Source of the DNA: a phage
Sequence record: PZ347775.1
Length of the DNA stretch: 64,000 nt
Strand: one strand, 5' to 3'
Each line of letters starts with the position of its first letter. Position 1 is the first letter of the stretch. Positions 45,511-55,436 of the stretch are shown here, piece after piece. The position numbers and the translations under genes are program-made. A model generated the notes under the pieces. That model did no database searches, was not told where the DNA came from, and was given only the letters and a program-made list of their open reading frames with translations.

Positions 45511-47324
45511 TGGTGTTTAACCCTATGCATGATTTCTTTATTTTTGCCGAGATTAAATCCGCGTTCATTCGGATTTCCCAAATAACCACAAGTTCTTCTT
45601 ATTGTGTTCATCTTTTTAGGATCAGTTTCTCCACAAATAGAACAAACAAATCCGTTTTCAGTAGGAGTCATTTCATGGGTACTTCCACACGTAAAACATT
45701 TATCTACTGGCATGTTAACACCAAAATAATCTAAATGTTGTGCAGCATAATCCCATACAGCCTCAAGACCTTTTAGGTTATTTTTCATATCAGGAAGTTC
45801 AACATAAGAAATGTGACCGCCTGTCGCAATGAAATGATATGGGGCTTCGCGAGAAATCTTTTCAAACGGAGTAATATTTTCTTCTACTGAAACGTGGAAA
45901 CTATTAGTGTACCAGCCTTTATCAGTAACATCTTTTACACTTCCATATTTCTCAGTATCAAGTTTACAGAAGCGATAGCACAGGTTTTCAGCAGGAGTAG
46001 AATACAAGCTAAAAGCAAAACCAGTTCTTTCAGTCCACTGCTTAAGACGAGCATTCATTTTAGTTAAAATTTCCTGTCCAATATCACGCCCGACAAGAAT
46101 ATTCAATTCGTGAATACCAATGTATCCTAAGGACACTGAACTTCTACCGTTTTTAAATAACTCAATTATATCGTCATCAGGTTTAAGACGAACCCCGAAT
46201 GCACCTTCTTGGTAAAGAATAGGAGCAACAGTAGCTTTAACTCCTTTTAAGGAACTAATTCTACACATCAATGCTTCAAAACATAAATCCATTCTCTCAT
46301 TGAACAATTCGGCAAATTTCTGTTCATTGAACTGTGTTCCAATATAAGAATCTAGTGCAATGCGAGGAAGATTCAGTGTTACAACACCAAGATTATTACG
46401 TCCATCAAGAATTTCATTACCAGTCGAATCTTTCCATACACCCAAGAAACTACGACAACCCATTGGAGAAACAGGAATAGATGAACCGGTGATAGCTTTA
46501 TTGTTCTTAGCCGAAATGATGTCAGGATACATTCTTTTACTTGCACACTCTAGAGCAAGCTGCTTAATATCATAGTTCGGATCGTCTTTATAAAGATTAA
46601 CACCTTCTTCAACGAACATAACAAGTTTAGGGAAAATAGGAGTTATCCCATCACGACCAAGGCCTTTAATACGATTTTTCAGAATTGCTTTCTGAATCAT
46701 TCGTTCAGTCCAGTCAGTTCCCGTACCAAATGTAATTGTTACAAAAGGCGTTTGTCCGTTTGAACTAAAGAGAGTATTTACTTCATATTCATAAGCTTGG
46801 AATGCATCGTATACGTCTTTTTCTGTTTTAGATTGGGCATAATTCAACGCATCAGCGATTTGCCATTTTTCTGCATCCTCAATATGTTTTGCATAGGTGC
46901 GTTTAACATAAGGAGAAAGGACTTTATCTACATTCGCAAAAGTCGTTCCACCATATTGATGGGAAGCAACCTGTGCAGTAATTTGTGCCATAATTGCAGT
47001 AGCAACACCGATTGATTTAGGAGTTTCAATCTGTGCATTACCGAGCTTAAATCCGTTCTCAAGCATTCCTTTTAAATCTACTAAACAGCAATTAGTAAAT
47101 GGAAGAGCAGGGGAATAATCAATATCATGGAAATGAATAATTCCGCTTTCATGCGCTTTCATAATAAAAGACGGGACCATATTTTTGGCAATGTGTTTAG
47201 ACACAATACCAGCCATAAGGTCCCGTTGAGTTGGAAAAACACGAGAATCTTTATTAGCATTCTCGTTTAAAAGGTCTTTATTAGTTTTATGAATCAATCC
47301 TTCAATTTCTTTTTCAATTGTCAT
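45507..47324 (-). CDS. nrdD: NrdD anaerobic ribonucleoside-triphosphate reductase (uninterrupted)
   Basis: 605-aa continuous ORF; C-terminal glycyl-radical region RRTCGYLG; no intron. Confidence 0.95.
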   Translation of the reverse strand: MTIEKEIEGLIHKTNKDLLNENANKDSRVFPTQRDLMAGIVSKHIAKNMVPSFIMKAHESGIIHFHDIDYSPALPFTNCCLVDLKGMLENGFKLGNAQIETPKSIGVATAIMAQITAQVASHQYGGTTFANVDKVLSPYVKRTYAKHIEDAEKWQIADALNYAQSKTEKDVYDAFQAYEYEVNTLFSSNGQTPFVTITFGTGTDWTERMIQKAILKNRIKGLGRDGITPIFPKLVMFVEEGVNLYKDDPNYDIKQLALECASKRMYPDIISAKNNKAITGSSIPVSPMGCRSFLGVWKDSTGNEILDGRNNLGVVTLNLPRIALDSYIGTQFNEQKFAELFNERMDLCFEALMCRISSLKGVKATVAPILYQEGAFGVRLKPDDDIIELFKNGRSSVSLGYIGIHELNILVGRDIGQEILTKMNARLKQWTERTGFAFSLYSTPAENLCYRFCKLDTEKYGSVKDVTDKGWYTNSFHVSVEENITPFEKISREAPYHFIATGGHISYVELPDMKNNLKGLEAVWDYAAQHLDYFGVNMPVDKCFTCGSTHEMTPTENGFVCSICGETDPKKMNTIRRTCGYLGNPNERGFNLGKNKEIMHRVKHQ

Positions 47325-47794
47325 TTTAAACTCTTTCTAAGCTGCTTCTTAAATGAAGCTATTAATTGTGTTTTAGTGTCAGATTCATTATATTCAAATC
47401 CTCTTTGAAGCATCTCAGCCATCATTTCCTCTTTTCCTAAACGAGAAAATTCCTTTGATTTATCTCCAACGAAGTTAGGGTGAATATTATTTTGGGTGTA
47501 ATCGGATTTTAAATAAGTAAGTAAATTTTCTAGCCATTCAAGATAATCAACACCTTGTCCCTTTAAGCCAGAACGATTGAATTTATGCTTCATTTGACCT
47601 TCTGCAGCATTACAGAGATTACATAGCAACCCACGTACCTTTCCTGCTTTTGGTCCATTTAATTCATGGTCATGGTCAAGGTGATTAGCTTGAACATCAG
47701 GATTTAGTTCTCGTTGGCAAATTAAGCATTTACCGTTTTGTGCATCATAAAATTTTTGTTTTTCTTCTTTGTATAATTTGCCAGTCAATAACAT
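47321..47794 (-). CDS. 49: gp49 endonuclease VII (Holliday junction resolvase)
   Basis: 157-aa ORF; zinc motif CLICQ and HLDHDHELNGPKAGKVRGLLCNLCN; T4 EndoVII. Confidence 0.92.
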   Translation of the reverse strand: MLLTGKLYKEEKQKFYDAQNGKCLICQRELNPDVQANHLDHDHELNGPKAGKVRGLLCNLCNAAEGQMKHKFNRSGLKGQGVDYLEWLENLLTYLKSDYTQNNIHPNFVGDKSKEFSRLGKEEMMAEMLQRGFEYNESDTKTQLIASFKKQLRKSLK

Positions 47795-47843
47795 AATAAA
47801 ACCCTTACCTTGAATAGATAAGGGTATTTATTATTTTCAAGTA

Positions 47844-48308
47844 TTAAAACGCTCGGTCAGAAAAAGAAATTTGAGTTTCAAGCCATTCAATATATTCTGC
47901 CGCAGCTTGCATCAAATTTCCTTCGTAATCATCAATTTCTTTTTTCAACGCCGATTTAGATAATGCATATGAAATGCGTTCACCTTGAAAAGCGGCTTTA
48001 GGTTTATGAATAGCTTGATCAACTCGTTCTACGACTTCTTCAATTTCGCCGTTTTCTGCGGATTCAGTATTCCACAAGCACCAATATGTAATTGGCTTAT
48101 CGTAAATGTTAATAATCTTTCCATCAGAAAGTTCAATTTCAATAATTCCAGTATCAGGTTCTATATCATCTTCGCATTCTTTTGTAAGTTCACGAACTTT
48201 AAAGACAGTACCTGCACTAAGTTCCGGCCAGTAATTACACAGCCCTGTATCAGCACGATTAATTCTAAACCACTTATCTACTGTAATCATGTCCCATCTC
48301 CATATCAA
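47844..48308 (-). CDS. hypothetical protein (154 aa, pin position)
   Basis: ORF upstream of gene 49. Confidence 0.5.
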   Translation of the reverse strand: MIWRWDMITVDKWFRINRADTGLCNYWPELSAGTVFKVRELTKECEDDIEPDTGIIEIELSDGKIINIYDKPITYWCLWNTESAENGEIEEVVERVDQAIHKPKAAFQGERISYALSKSALKKEIDDYEGNLMQAAAEYIEWLETQISFSDRAF

Positions 48309-48413
48309 TTAAGTCATTTATCGTTGGTTCATTATATACTGTTTCTTCATCAGTGTAAACCGGTTCTTCCGGCTCTGGCTCTACTGTTTCCCATCTAGCC
48401 GCCCACCAAGGTT

Positions 48414-48734
48414 TTATAGCGTAATCCATTCTCGTATTGTCTGAGTTACTACACGTTCATGGGGCTCGACTAGTTCAACAGTTGGAACTGCATAATACCA
48501 GTCAGAATGGTAAGAACCTGAGCGAGATTCATTTACGGAAACATGTACATTATGTTTTGGACTAAAATAAACGCACTGCCGATATTGGCATTTGCCATCT
48601 TGTACCCAATCTTCTATTTCGACAGGTTTAAGATAATCCGAAAAATCGAAATCATAATTTTCTGAAAATGCATCATGGTCTTCGATGATTTCACTCAGAA
48701 CTGCATCAACATCTAATTTATTTTCAATAGTCAT
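48414..48734 (-). CDS. hypothetical protein (106 aa)
   Basis: ORF. Confidence 0.5.
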   Translation of the reverse strand: MTIENKLDVDAVLSEIIEDHDAFSENYDFDFSDYLKPVEIEDWVQDGKCQYRQCVYFSPKHNVHVSVNESRSGSYHSDWYYAVPTVELVEPHERVVTQTIREWITL

Positions 48735-48744
48735 TTGTCACCAA

Positions 48745-48954
48745 TTAATTTCGCAATTTATTAAGTTCTTCATAATCAATCCAGGATTCTAATCCTGATG
48801 GCAAATCAGATTCAATTTCCCAAAGAAGCTCTTCAATTTTCTGAAGACGATCTAATTCTTCGGCTGGAATAGTAACCATTGACGGAGTTCTTGATACACT
48901 AATATCGTAAATCATATTTACCCCAGTTTGACCATGCAATCGCCATATTTCCAT
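48745..48954 (-). CDS. hypothetical protein (69 aa)
   Basis: ORF. Confidence 0.45.
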   Translation of the reverse strand: MEIWRLHGQTGVNMIYDISVSRTPSMVTIPAEELDRLQKIEELLWEIESDLPSGLESWIDYEELNKLRN

Positions 48955-49133
48955 TTAGAAATAGACTTTTCACCGTTAGAATAATAAACTTCGAGTTTAG
49001 CACGATTATTTTTAATTTGAATAACCTTTGCTGTCATCAAAGTTCCATACCCGTAATAAACTGCAACCTCATCACCTACATATACCGCGCTTCCGCGGTA
49101 GTCATGGATATAATCAGTTCCTTCGAGCATCAT
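48918..49133 (-). CDS. hypothetical protein (71 aa)
   Basis: ORF. Confidence 0.45.
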   Translation of the reverse strand: MMLEGTDYIHDYRGSAVYVGDEVAVYYGYGTLMTAKVIQIKNNRAKLEVYYSNGEKSISKWKYGDCMVKLG

Positions 49134-49393
49134 TTAAAGTATTCCCGCAATTGGTCAAATCCACCAATATGACTTCCATCAGGAGCAAATACTTGTGGCA
49201 TTGTCAAACCAATTTGAGTATCACGACCCAGTTTAGTTAGAAGCTCAGCGATTTTCTCATCATCAAAAACACCTTTTTCCGGCATAATATTGATAAATTC
49301 AAACGGCTGTTTCTTCACAGTCAAAAGACGTTTTGCATTATCGCAATACACACATTTATGGATGCTGCTATCATAACCATATACTTTAAACAT
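49130..49393 (-). CDS. nrdC: NrdC thioredoxin/glutaredoxin
   Basis: 87-aa ORF MFKVYGYDSSIHKCVYCDNAKRLL; CVYC redox motif; T4 NrdC. Confidence 0.92.
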   Translation of the reverse strand: MFKVYGYDSSIHKCVYCDNAKRLLTVKKQPFEFINIMPEKGVFDDEKIAELLTKLGRDTQIGLTMPQVFAPDGSHIGGFDQLREYFK

Positions 49394-49394
49394 A

Positions 49395-49637
49395 TTATTC
49401 CTTAATTCCTAGTACTTGTTTAAAAGTCTCGTCGTAATCAAGACTTTGACCTGTTTGTTCTTTATGTTTGTATATAATATCACTTACTTCTGATAGCATA
49501 TTTTTATATGAACGAGTTAAAGCAGATTTAAGCACGCTGTATCTATCAGGAAATTTACCATGTTCATTATAATACGCTATTGCTAATTCACGGACTGCCT
49601 TTTCAGCAATCTCCATATATTCTTTACGCTTTGTCAT
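49395..49637 (-). CDS. hypothetical protein (80 aa, nrdC.1 position)
   Basis: ATG MTKRKEY immediately after upstream stop (TAAAATG); track ORF extended. Confidence 0.5.
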   Translation of the reverse strand: MTKRKEYMEIAEKAVRELAIAYYNEHGKFPDRYSVLKSALTRSYKNMLSEVSDIIYKHKEQTGQSLDYDETFKQVLGIKE

Positions 49638-49638
49638 T

Positions 49639-50028
49639 TTAATCCAAAATATTATTAGGCATTGGTTGAACACTCGCAAGTTCTTTAAAGAACTCAGTAG
49701 AGTCAGGTAATTTAACCATTTCCGGAGCATGCTTGCTAAATTTGTGTTTACAATGACGGCATTTATATTCAAGTTCCGGTTTACGCCAGTTAATCAATTG
49801 AACCTGTTCAGTACCGCATTCAGGACAATTAGGAACGTTTTTAGAAGCCCTTTCGCGACGTTCAACCATAGCCATAATAGCATCCCAGGCTGGAGGTTTA
49901 AAATCTAAATCGTCACAACCATGAATCTTTCCACGCATTTCTAAATCGTCTTCTTCACCAGCCATAATAATTTTAATTAGACTGGAATTACTTGAAGCTG
50001 CAATATCTTCTAATAGACGCTTTTTCAT
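49639..50028 (-). CDS. zinc-ribbon protein (129 aa)
   Basis: CPECGTE ... CRHCKH four-cysteine motif. Confidence 0.55.
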   Translation of the reverse strand: MKKRLLEDIAASSNSSLIKIIMAGEEDDLEMRGKIHGCDDLDFKPPAWDAIMAMVERRERASKNVPNCPECGTEQVQLINWRKPELEYKCRHCKHKFSKHAPEMVKLPDSTEFFKELASVQPMPNNILD

Positions 50029-50954
50029 TTCAGTACCTCAATAGCATTACGTAAACCATTTGCTTTTGCATTAAGAGCTTTTAACAATTTAGTGTGTTCG
50101 GCAATTTGGGCTTCAACTTCAATCAAACGAGCATTGAGATATTCGCGTTCTTCGCTCAAGCTATCAACCTTTTCTACTTTAGGTTCTTTTACAACTGGCT
50201 TATATGTATTAGGGTTCTTCAGTTTAATTAGAATACGTGAACTGTATAACATTGAACCATTATTTTCGATTTCGTCATACATTTCTACTACGTCCATGAT
50301 TTTTAACATCATGCGGAGTTTATAAGATAACGAACGAATAGTTTTGTTGTGCTTATTAATTTCTCTAGCTGTCATGGTGCCGAGATTACGTGAGTAATAA
50401 TAAGGAACCTGGATATTAATTAATACTGATGAACCACCTGGCTTGTGTGTTACTTCATCAGCAATAACCCAGTCCTTAACATGAACTGTATTTGTACGGT
50501 CATCGCCCGCGGTAAATAGTTTACGAGCATGCTTAAAAAGCATATTCACTTGGTCATTGAAATGACAAGCAAATTTATCAGCAAATTTAGTTTCAGGAAT
50601 GGTAGATAACCAATCAGCCAAATGGGTCTTTTTAACATCGTTAACAATAGTAAATTCAACCAAATCAGTTATAGATGTCTCAGATTTAATAAAGCTCGGC
50701 TTCATAAAGTTTTTAATGTTATCGCGAGCTACAGTAGAAGATAACATACGAGAACGTTTAAACCATTCAAGCAAATTGCCTAACGAATAAGAATAAGCGT
50801 TTTGAGTATCTTTACAGATATGATTTTCCTGGCCAACATATTGAAGGAAATCACGAAGAATATTATTAATTACTGCTCTGTGTCCGATCTGATAATTACG
50901 GTGTTTAGTAATAAGACTGTCAAAATAATCAATATAATGTTTACGAGTTTTCAT
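50025..50954 (-). CDS. paralog family member 1 (309 aa) with C-terminal coiled coil
   Basis: Shares MTARE/YMDVV blocks and C-terminal heptad region with next three genes. Confidence 0.6.
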   Translation of the reverse strand: MKTRKHYIDYFDSLITKHRNYQIGHRAVINNILRDFLQYVGQENHICKDTQNAYSYSLGNLLEWFKRSRMLSSTVARDNIKNFMKPSFIKSETSITDLVEFTIVNDVKKTHLADWLSTIPETKFADKFACHFNDQVNMLFKHARKLFTAGDDRTNTVHVKDWVIADEVTHKPGGSSVLINIQVPYYYSRNLGTMTAREINKHNKTIRSLSYKLRMMLKIMDVVEMYDEIENNGSMLYSSRILIKLKNPNTYKPVVKEPKVEKVDSLSEEREYLNARLIEVEAQIAEHTKLLKALNAKANGLRNAIEVLK

Positions 50955-51006
50955 GTTCTTCTCACTTGGTTAATGATTTATACTCCGAGCCATCCTTGGC
51001 TTTAAA

Positions 51007-52008
51007 TTACTTAATTAACTGTAAAGCTTGTTCAAGACGATTCAGGCGATTAACAGATTCTTCCCAAATACTTTTAGCCTGCTCATATTCTTTCTGCGCT
51101 TTATTAGAAATTTCTAGAACTTCTTTATAAGCTTTTTCTAGTGCAATAACTTCTGGACGAATTTCTACCGGTTCAGGCGAATCGTCAAGATTATCCATTA
51201 GTTCCTCAAGGGTAGTTTCTTCTTTAGGAGTATTCACAATTTCTTCACATTTTTGTTGGTAAATTTCTTTATCAGTCGGTAAATAAGCACATTTCACTTC
51301 ACGAAGACTAACTACAATTTTATATCCTTCCCAACCGCATATATTCTTAAAAGGATACGTATGAATATTTTCTACTGTTTCCATACAAAGTAATGCGGTT
51401 TCTAATTGACGAGTTATAGTGCTAGCAATTGAGAAAAATTTATTAATGTTCTTTTGGTTAGTTTCTGGTGTAAAAAATCCATAATTCACAAAAATAGATA
51501 CTTTATTTTTATCAAGTTCATATTCTTTTACGATAATCATATCAGAAGCCAAAGGATGAATTTGACGATAATCGCCATAACATAATTTAGAAGCTGATTT
51601 TAGAATTTGCTTTTTGAAAAGTCTGAAATTACTAATCCAACGACGAGTAAAAATATTCTCAGGGTCTTCTTTATTATTAAGATGATAAGAATTAACATCA
51701 CCGAACCAATTATATCCTACTACATCTTTGGTTCGTTTAATTTCTTTCCCAAAATTACCAAGAATATCCCGATTAACCAAATATGAAAGAAGACGAGACT
51801 CTTTAAAGGTTTTCTTGATAACATCTTTATCTACACGACTAGAAATTTTACGAATTTCATGAATAAATTTAGTAGAAGAAACAATACCTGCATCAACACT
51901 ATTGAGCCATTGATTGATAATAGAAATAACGCTATTTTGACCAAACATCGGTATAGCTTTATCATCAATAACACTATTGAATGATTTGATATATTCGTTA
52001 CGAGTCAT
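51007..52008 (-). CDS. paralog family member 2 (333 aa) with C-terminal coiled coil
   Basis: ATG MTRNEY after GAGGAG SD; RRW...FKKQILKSASKL block shared with member 3. Confidence 0.6.
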   Translation of the reverse strand: MTRNEYIKSFNSVIDDKAIPMFGQNSVISIINQWLNSVDAGIVSSTKFIHEIRKISSRVDKDVIKKTFKESRLLSYLVNRDILGNFGKEIKRTKDVVGYNWFGDVNSYHLNNKEDPENIFTRRWISNFRLFKKQILKSASKLCYGDYRQIHPLASDMIIVKEYELDKNKVSIFVNYGFFTPETNQKNINKFFSIASTITRQLETALLCMETVENIHTYPFKNICGWEGYKIVVSLREVKCAYLPTDKEIYQQKCEEIVNTPKEETTLEELMDNLDDSPEPVEIRPEVIALEKAYKEVLEISNKAQKEYEQAKSIWEESVNRLNRLEQALQLIK

Positions 52009-52065
52009 ATTAATCTCCTCAGTAGAAAGTAAGAACATTATACCACATCCTTGTGGCAAAGTAAA

Positions 52066-53094
52066 CTAGTTCAGTGCATTTAGTGCATTGTTCAGTTTAG
52101 AACGTTGCTTCGTAAGATTTTTGACTTTTTCTTGAGCTTTTTCTAGTATCTTTTCAGCTTCTAGCACTTCATTAGTTGCTTTAACGAGTTCATCATCTAC
52201 TGCCTTGATAGACTTCTCAATCGCATCGGCATGCCATTTTTCAACAGGTTTAAGACTCGGATTTTCAACAGGAAGAAAATTCACTTTATTGAATTTCCAT
52301 GCATCCTTATTACCTGAACTATACATCCAAAATTTAGGATCGTTTGATGAGTAATTGGATAAATTTAAATTTAAGTTATCTTGTACTTCTTGCTTTTTCT
52401 CTTGTGGGACTTCGTCCTTTCTCAAAAAATCGTATTTAAATGAAACGATCATATCAAGTTCATATGTTGTTGTGTCTAATTTAAATCGCTCAAAACGAGG
52501 TAAAATCTTAGACTGAACTGCAGCAACAACGTCCATATACTTAAATGCTTCTGTCAACTGCGATTTAAGGCATTCGCAAATTGAAAGAGAATTTTTTGTA
52601 TTAGGTTTAAAGCTAATTCGTGCAGTTCTGTTATTTTCTTTTAATGGTCTTACTTCCATCTGAAGAGTATAACCATCAAATTTCAGGTTCTTTAAGTTAA
52701 TATCAGAACCTTTTAATCGACTCGCAGTTGATAAAATTTGCTTTAATTGTCTACGGAACAGAGCAATAAATCTCCATTCAATACGATAATGATTTGGATT
52801 GAAAAATCCAGATGATAAATCGACCTTACTTTGACCAACGCCTTGAACAAATAAAGGATTTTTATAATCAATAGTTTTACAGAAATCGGTGAGTTGCTCA
52901 CGAGCAGTCATTTGTGTAATATAACCCGCTTTACTAAAATTACGCACCCATTCACTGCTATTCGTATACTTAAAGTGATGAATAACACGATTAACTTTAT
53001 CAGGGTCTAAATTATTTTCACACAAAAATGTCATAACATCACGAGTATAGCTGGCGTTACGAACCATATCTTCAATTTGAGAACGAGTTTTCAT
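52066..53094 (-). CDS. paralog family member 3 (342 aa) with C-terminal coiled coil
   Basis: RIEWRFIALFRRQLKQILSTASRL and KYMDVV blocks; C-terminal coiled coil. Confidence 0.6.
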   Translation of the reverse strand: MKTRSQIEDMVRNASYTRDVMTFLCENNLDPDKVNRVIHHFKYTNSSEWVRNFSKAGYITQMTAREQLTDFCKTIDYKNPLFVQGVGQSKVDLSSGFFNPNHYRIEWRFIALFRRQLKQILSTASRLKGSDINLKNLKFDGYTLQMEVRPLKENNRTARISFKPNTKNSLSICECLKSQLTEAFKYMDVVAAVQSKILPRFERFKLDTTTYELDMIVSFKYDFLRKDEVPQEKKQEVQDNLNLNLSNYSSNDPKFWMYSSGNKDAWKFNKVNFLPVENPSLKPVEKWHADAIEKSIKAVDDELVKATNEVLEAEKILEKAQEKVKNLTKQRSKLNNALNALN

Positions 53095-53102
53095 GGTGTT
53101 CC

Positions 53103-54014
53103 TTAAGATTTAAGTAAATCGACAATTTTAATTAACTTTTCACGCTCAGATTTAGCTTTACTACTCAGTCCAGATAGTCTGAAAATTTCATCATCATATT
53201 GTTGAATAGAAATATTCAGCTCTTCAATCTGCTTATTAAAATAATCAATTTGTTCAGAATGTTTTTCGTTACTACGAACTGGTACAGGTTTTGTAGGCAA
53301 TGTAGTTGAACTGGATTCATCCGGGCGATAAATTAAAATACAACTTGAACCAATAGGGCATTTTGCACCAGATGAATATTCTAATGTTCCAGCTTCTTTT
53401 AAAACTTCAAAAGCTAAACAGAGATGATGTCCCATATTAACATAATCTGTAGAGTGAGCTCTGATGTAATAATCATCTCCACGAATACTAAATTTAAAGC
53501 ATTTAAGGTCTTCTGTATTATTGGTCTTAAAAATCATTTGTTTATCTAGACCTTTAGCTAATCGAGCGCCCAATGCTAATAATCGTCGTTGATTTTCCCA
53601 CAAATCCGCAATCATTTGATCGAATGATAATTTCGGCATTAGTCGACCATAAAGGTCATATCCTTTATTATAATTACGAAGAATTTCACTCGCATTAATA
53701 CGAGACAACGCTCCAATTTTATTAAGGGCTTTCATAATGCGATTAGATAAACTCATTCCAGACCCATTTGTTCGCTGTAAATGTTTTTCTAATCCAAAGC
53801 CAATATCAACTTTAAACTTATCTAAAATTTCGGCATGAACATCTCTGTCAATAACATTCAAATCCAAAGTTGGGTTAAATCTATGAAAAAATTTATCTGG
53901 CTCTCCACGACGAAATACAGTCCATTCATTCATCATTTTTTTATTAACTAAAGATTTAATTACTGCATTGACATTATTAATTGCTACTGACATATTTTCC
54001 TCACTCAATTTCAA
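53103..54014 (-). CDS. paralog family member 4 (303 aa) with C-terminal coiled coil
   Basis: Divergent member; ADLWENQRRLLALGARLAKGL block and C-terminal coiled coil. Confidence 0.55.
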   Translation of the reverse strand: MKLSEENMSVAINNVNAVIKSLVNKKMMNEWTVFRRGEPDKFFHRFNPTLDLNVIDRDVHAEILDKFKVDIGFGLEKHLQRTNGSGMSLSNRIMKALNKIGALSRINASEILRNYNKGYDLYGRLMPKLSFDQMIADLWENQRRLLALGARLAKGLDKQMIFKTNNTEDLKCFKFSIRGDDYYIRAHSTDYVNMGHHLCLAFEVLKEAGTLEYSSGAKCPIGSSCILIYRPDESSSTTLPTKPVPVRSNEKHSEQIDYFNKQIEELNISIQQYDDEIFRLSGLSSKAKSEREKLIKIVDLLKS

Positions 54015-54408
54015 TTTTACTAAATATACAGAATAAGATGGAACAGACTACATAAGCACCACACACAGATTGAACTAATACCATCCCAAAGAACCAAACA
54101 ATATTATCAAACAGTGTCTGTTTTACGTCGAAAGGACGTAAACTTACAGTAATATTATCACCTTTTTCTATTGAAGAATACATCTCTGGGGAAATATATT
54201 CACTAAATCTATAACCGTCTTTGAGTTCATATACGGCAATAAACGATAAACTAGACCCTTTTCCTTGTGTTCCTGTAATGGTATTAACTACAGTAACATC
54301 ATAATCTTTATAATGCATATAATCATTAATTGCGTAATAACCGTATGCAACTACTACACATAAACAGCATATCAATAAATTCAATCTTTTAATTATCAAC
54401 CGTTTCAT
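54001..54408 (-). CDS. membrane protein (135 aa)
   Basis: N- and C-terminal hydrophobic helices. Confidence 0.5.
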   Translation of the reverse strand: MKRLIIKRLNLLICCLCVVVAYGYYAINDYMHYKDYDVTVVNTITGTQGKGSSLSFIAVYELKDGYRFSEYISPEMYSSIEKGDNITVSLRPFDVKQTLFDNIVWFFGMVLVQSVCGAYVVCSILFCIFSKIEIE

Positions 54409-54463
54409 AATAATCTCAATTAAAATGGCTTAGAACCATTATACCATCCTTGGTATAAAGCGG

Positions 54464-54991
54464 TTATGCGAGTACCGTCTTTAACCGTTCTTCAAACTTC
54501 CGAAGAGTATTTTGGCGTTCAGCTCTTTGCTTTTTGTAAGTTTCAATACGCTCTGAAATGAGAGTGTATCGTTCATTTACTGATTCTTTCATAAAATCAG
54601 GAATTTCACGAGAAGCTTTAATCTCGTCAAATTTATCAATAACAGCTTGCTCTTCAGCAATTAAGTTATCATACATTAAAATATCTTTCTTGATAAACTC
54701 AATATCTTCTTGAGTTACACGAGATAACTTAGATGCTTTATCCTTTTTGTACTGTTCATTAGTATCACGAGACCAATGTAATGTACGATTTTTATTCGTA
54801 TTTTTGTAAATTTCGACAATACCAATCTCATCAATAATAACGATCCAATTCCAACGGGATTTGTAAATTTGTCCTCCATCAACAGTGATTTCACCTCCGA
54901 TTGAGATGTCGTTAAAGAACTTGCTTTGTGCTTCAGATTTAAATTTACCATCATTGTAATTTACCAAGTTGAAAATATCTTTAGCGTTCAT
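54464..54991 (-). CDS. hypothetical protein (175 aa)
   Basis: ATG after early promoter/SD module. Confidence 0.55.
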   Translation of the reverse strand: MNAKDIFNLVNYNDGKFKSEAQSKFFNDISIGGEITVDGGQIYKSRWNWIVIIDEIGIVEIYKNTNKNRTLHWSRDTNEQYKKDKASKLSRVTQEDIEFIKKDILMYDNLIAEEQAVIDKFDEIKASREIPDFMKESVNERYTLISERIETYKKQRAERQNTLRKFEERLKTVLA

Positions 54992-55019
54992 TTTCTGTTC
55001 CTCCGTAGTTGATAGTTGT

Positions 55020-55049
55020 ATAGTACCACAGAGGAACAGTCTTGTAAAC
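55020..55049 (-). promoter_or_regulatory. T4-type early promoter
   Basis: -35 GTTTAC (55044-55049), 18 nt, -10 TACTAT (55020-55025); same module as at 1907-1936. Confidence 0.5.
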
Positions 55050-55051
55050 CA

Positions 55052-55366
55052 CTAAAAGAAACTTCTTTCGCAATTTTTTCCACTGAACCATGCGCTCACT
55101 GCTTTCTTAGTCTCAGGAGCAGTGTTATCCATAAACCATTCAAAGGCAGCCTTTTTATGATTCTGGAGGGCTTCTCGGGCTTTAATCTGCTCACGGTCTA
55201 TTAACACTAACATATGAGCCTTTCTTGTCACCATGGGCTTCTTATGATTTTTTGAATACTCCCAGTCATTTGTCCATCGCATTGTCGTTGCGAACTGAAA
55301 TACAGCTTCTTTAATCTTAGTTTCGTAAATTTCACGAGCCTTTGAGTATAACATCACTACCTCCAT
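55052..55366 (-). CDS. hypothetical protein (104 aa)
   Basis: ORF. Confidence 0.5.
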   Translation of the reverse strand: MEVVMLYSKAREIYETKIKEAVFQFATTMRWTNDWEYSKNHKKPMVTRKAHMLVLIDREQIKAREALQNHKKAAFEWFMDNTAPETKKAVSAWFSGKNCERSFF

Positions 55367-55436
55367 TCACCAGTTTAATTCTAGTCATCTTTTTGATGGC
55401 AGTCCATATAATCTATTTCTGAACTGTCTTTTTGTC

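Noticed and set aside
45507-47324. Possible group I intron or intein in nrdD, gp41 or gp43
   Set aside because: All three ORFs are continuous with lengths equal to mature T4 proteins (605, 475, 898 aa).
54715-54954. 79-aa ORF inside 54464..54991
   Set aside because: Nested alternative frame of a better-supported gene.
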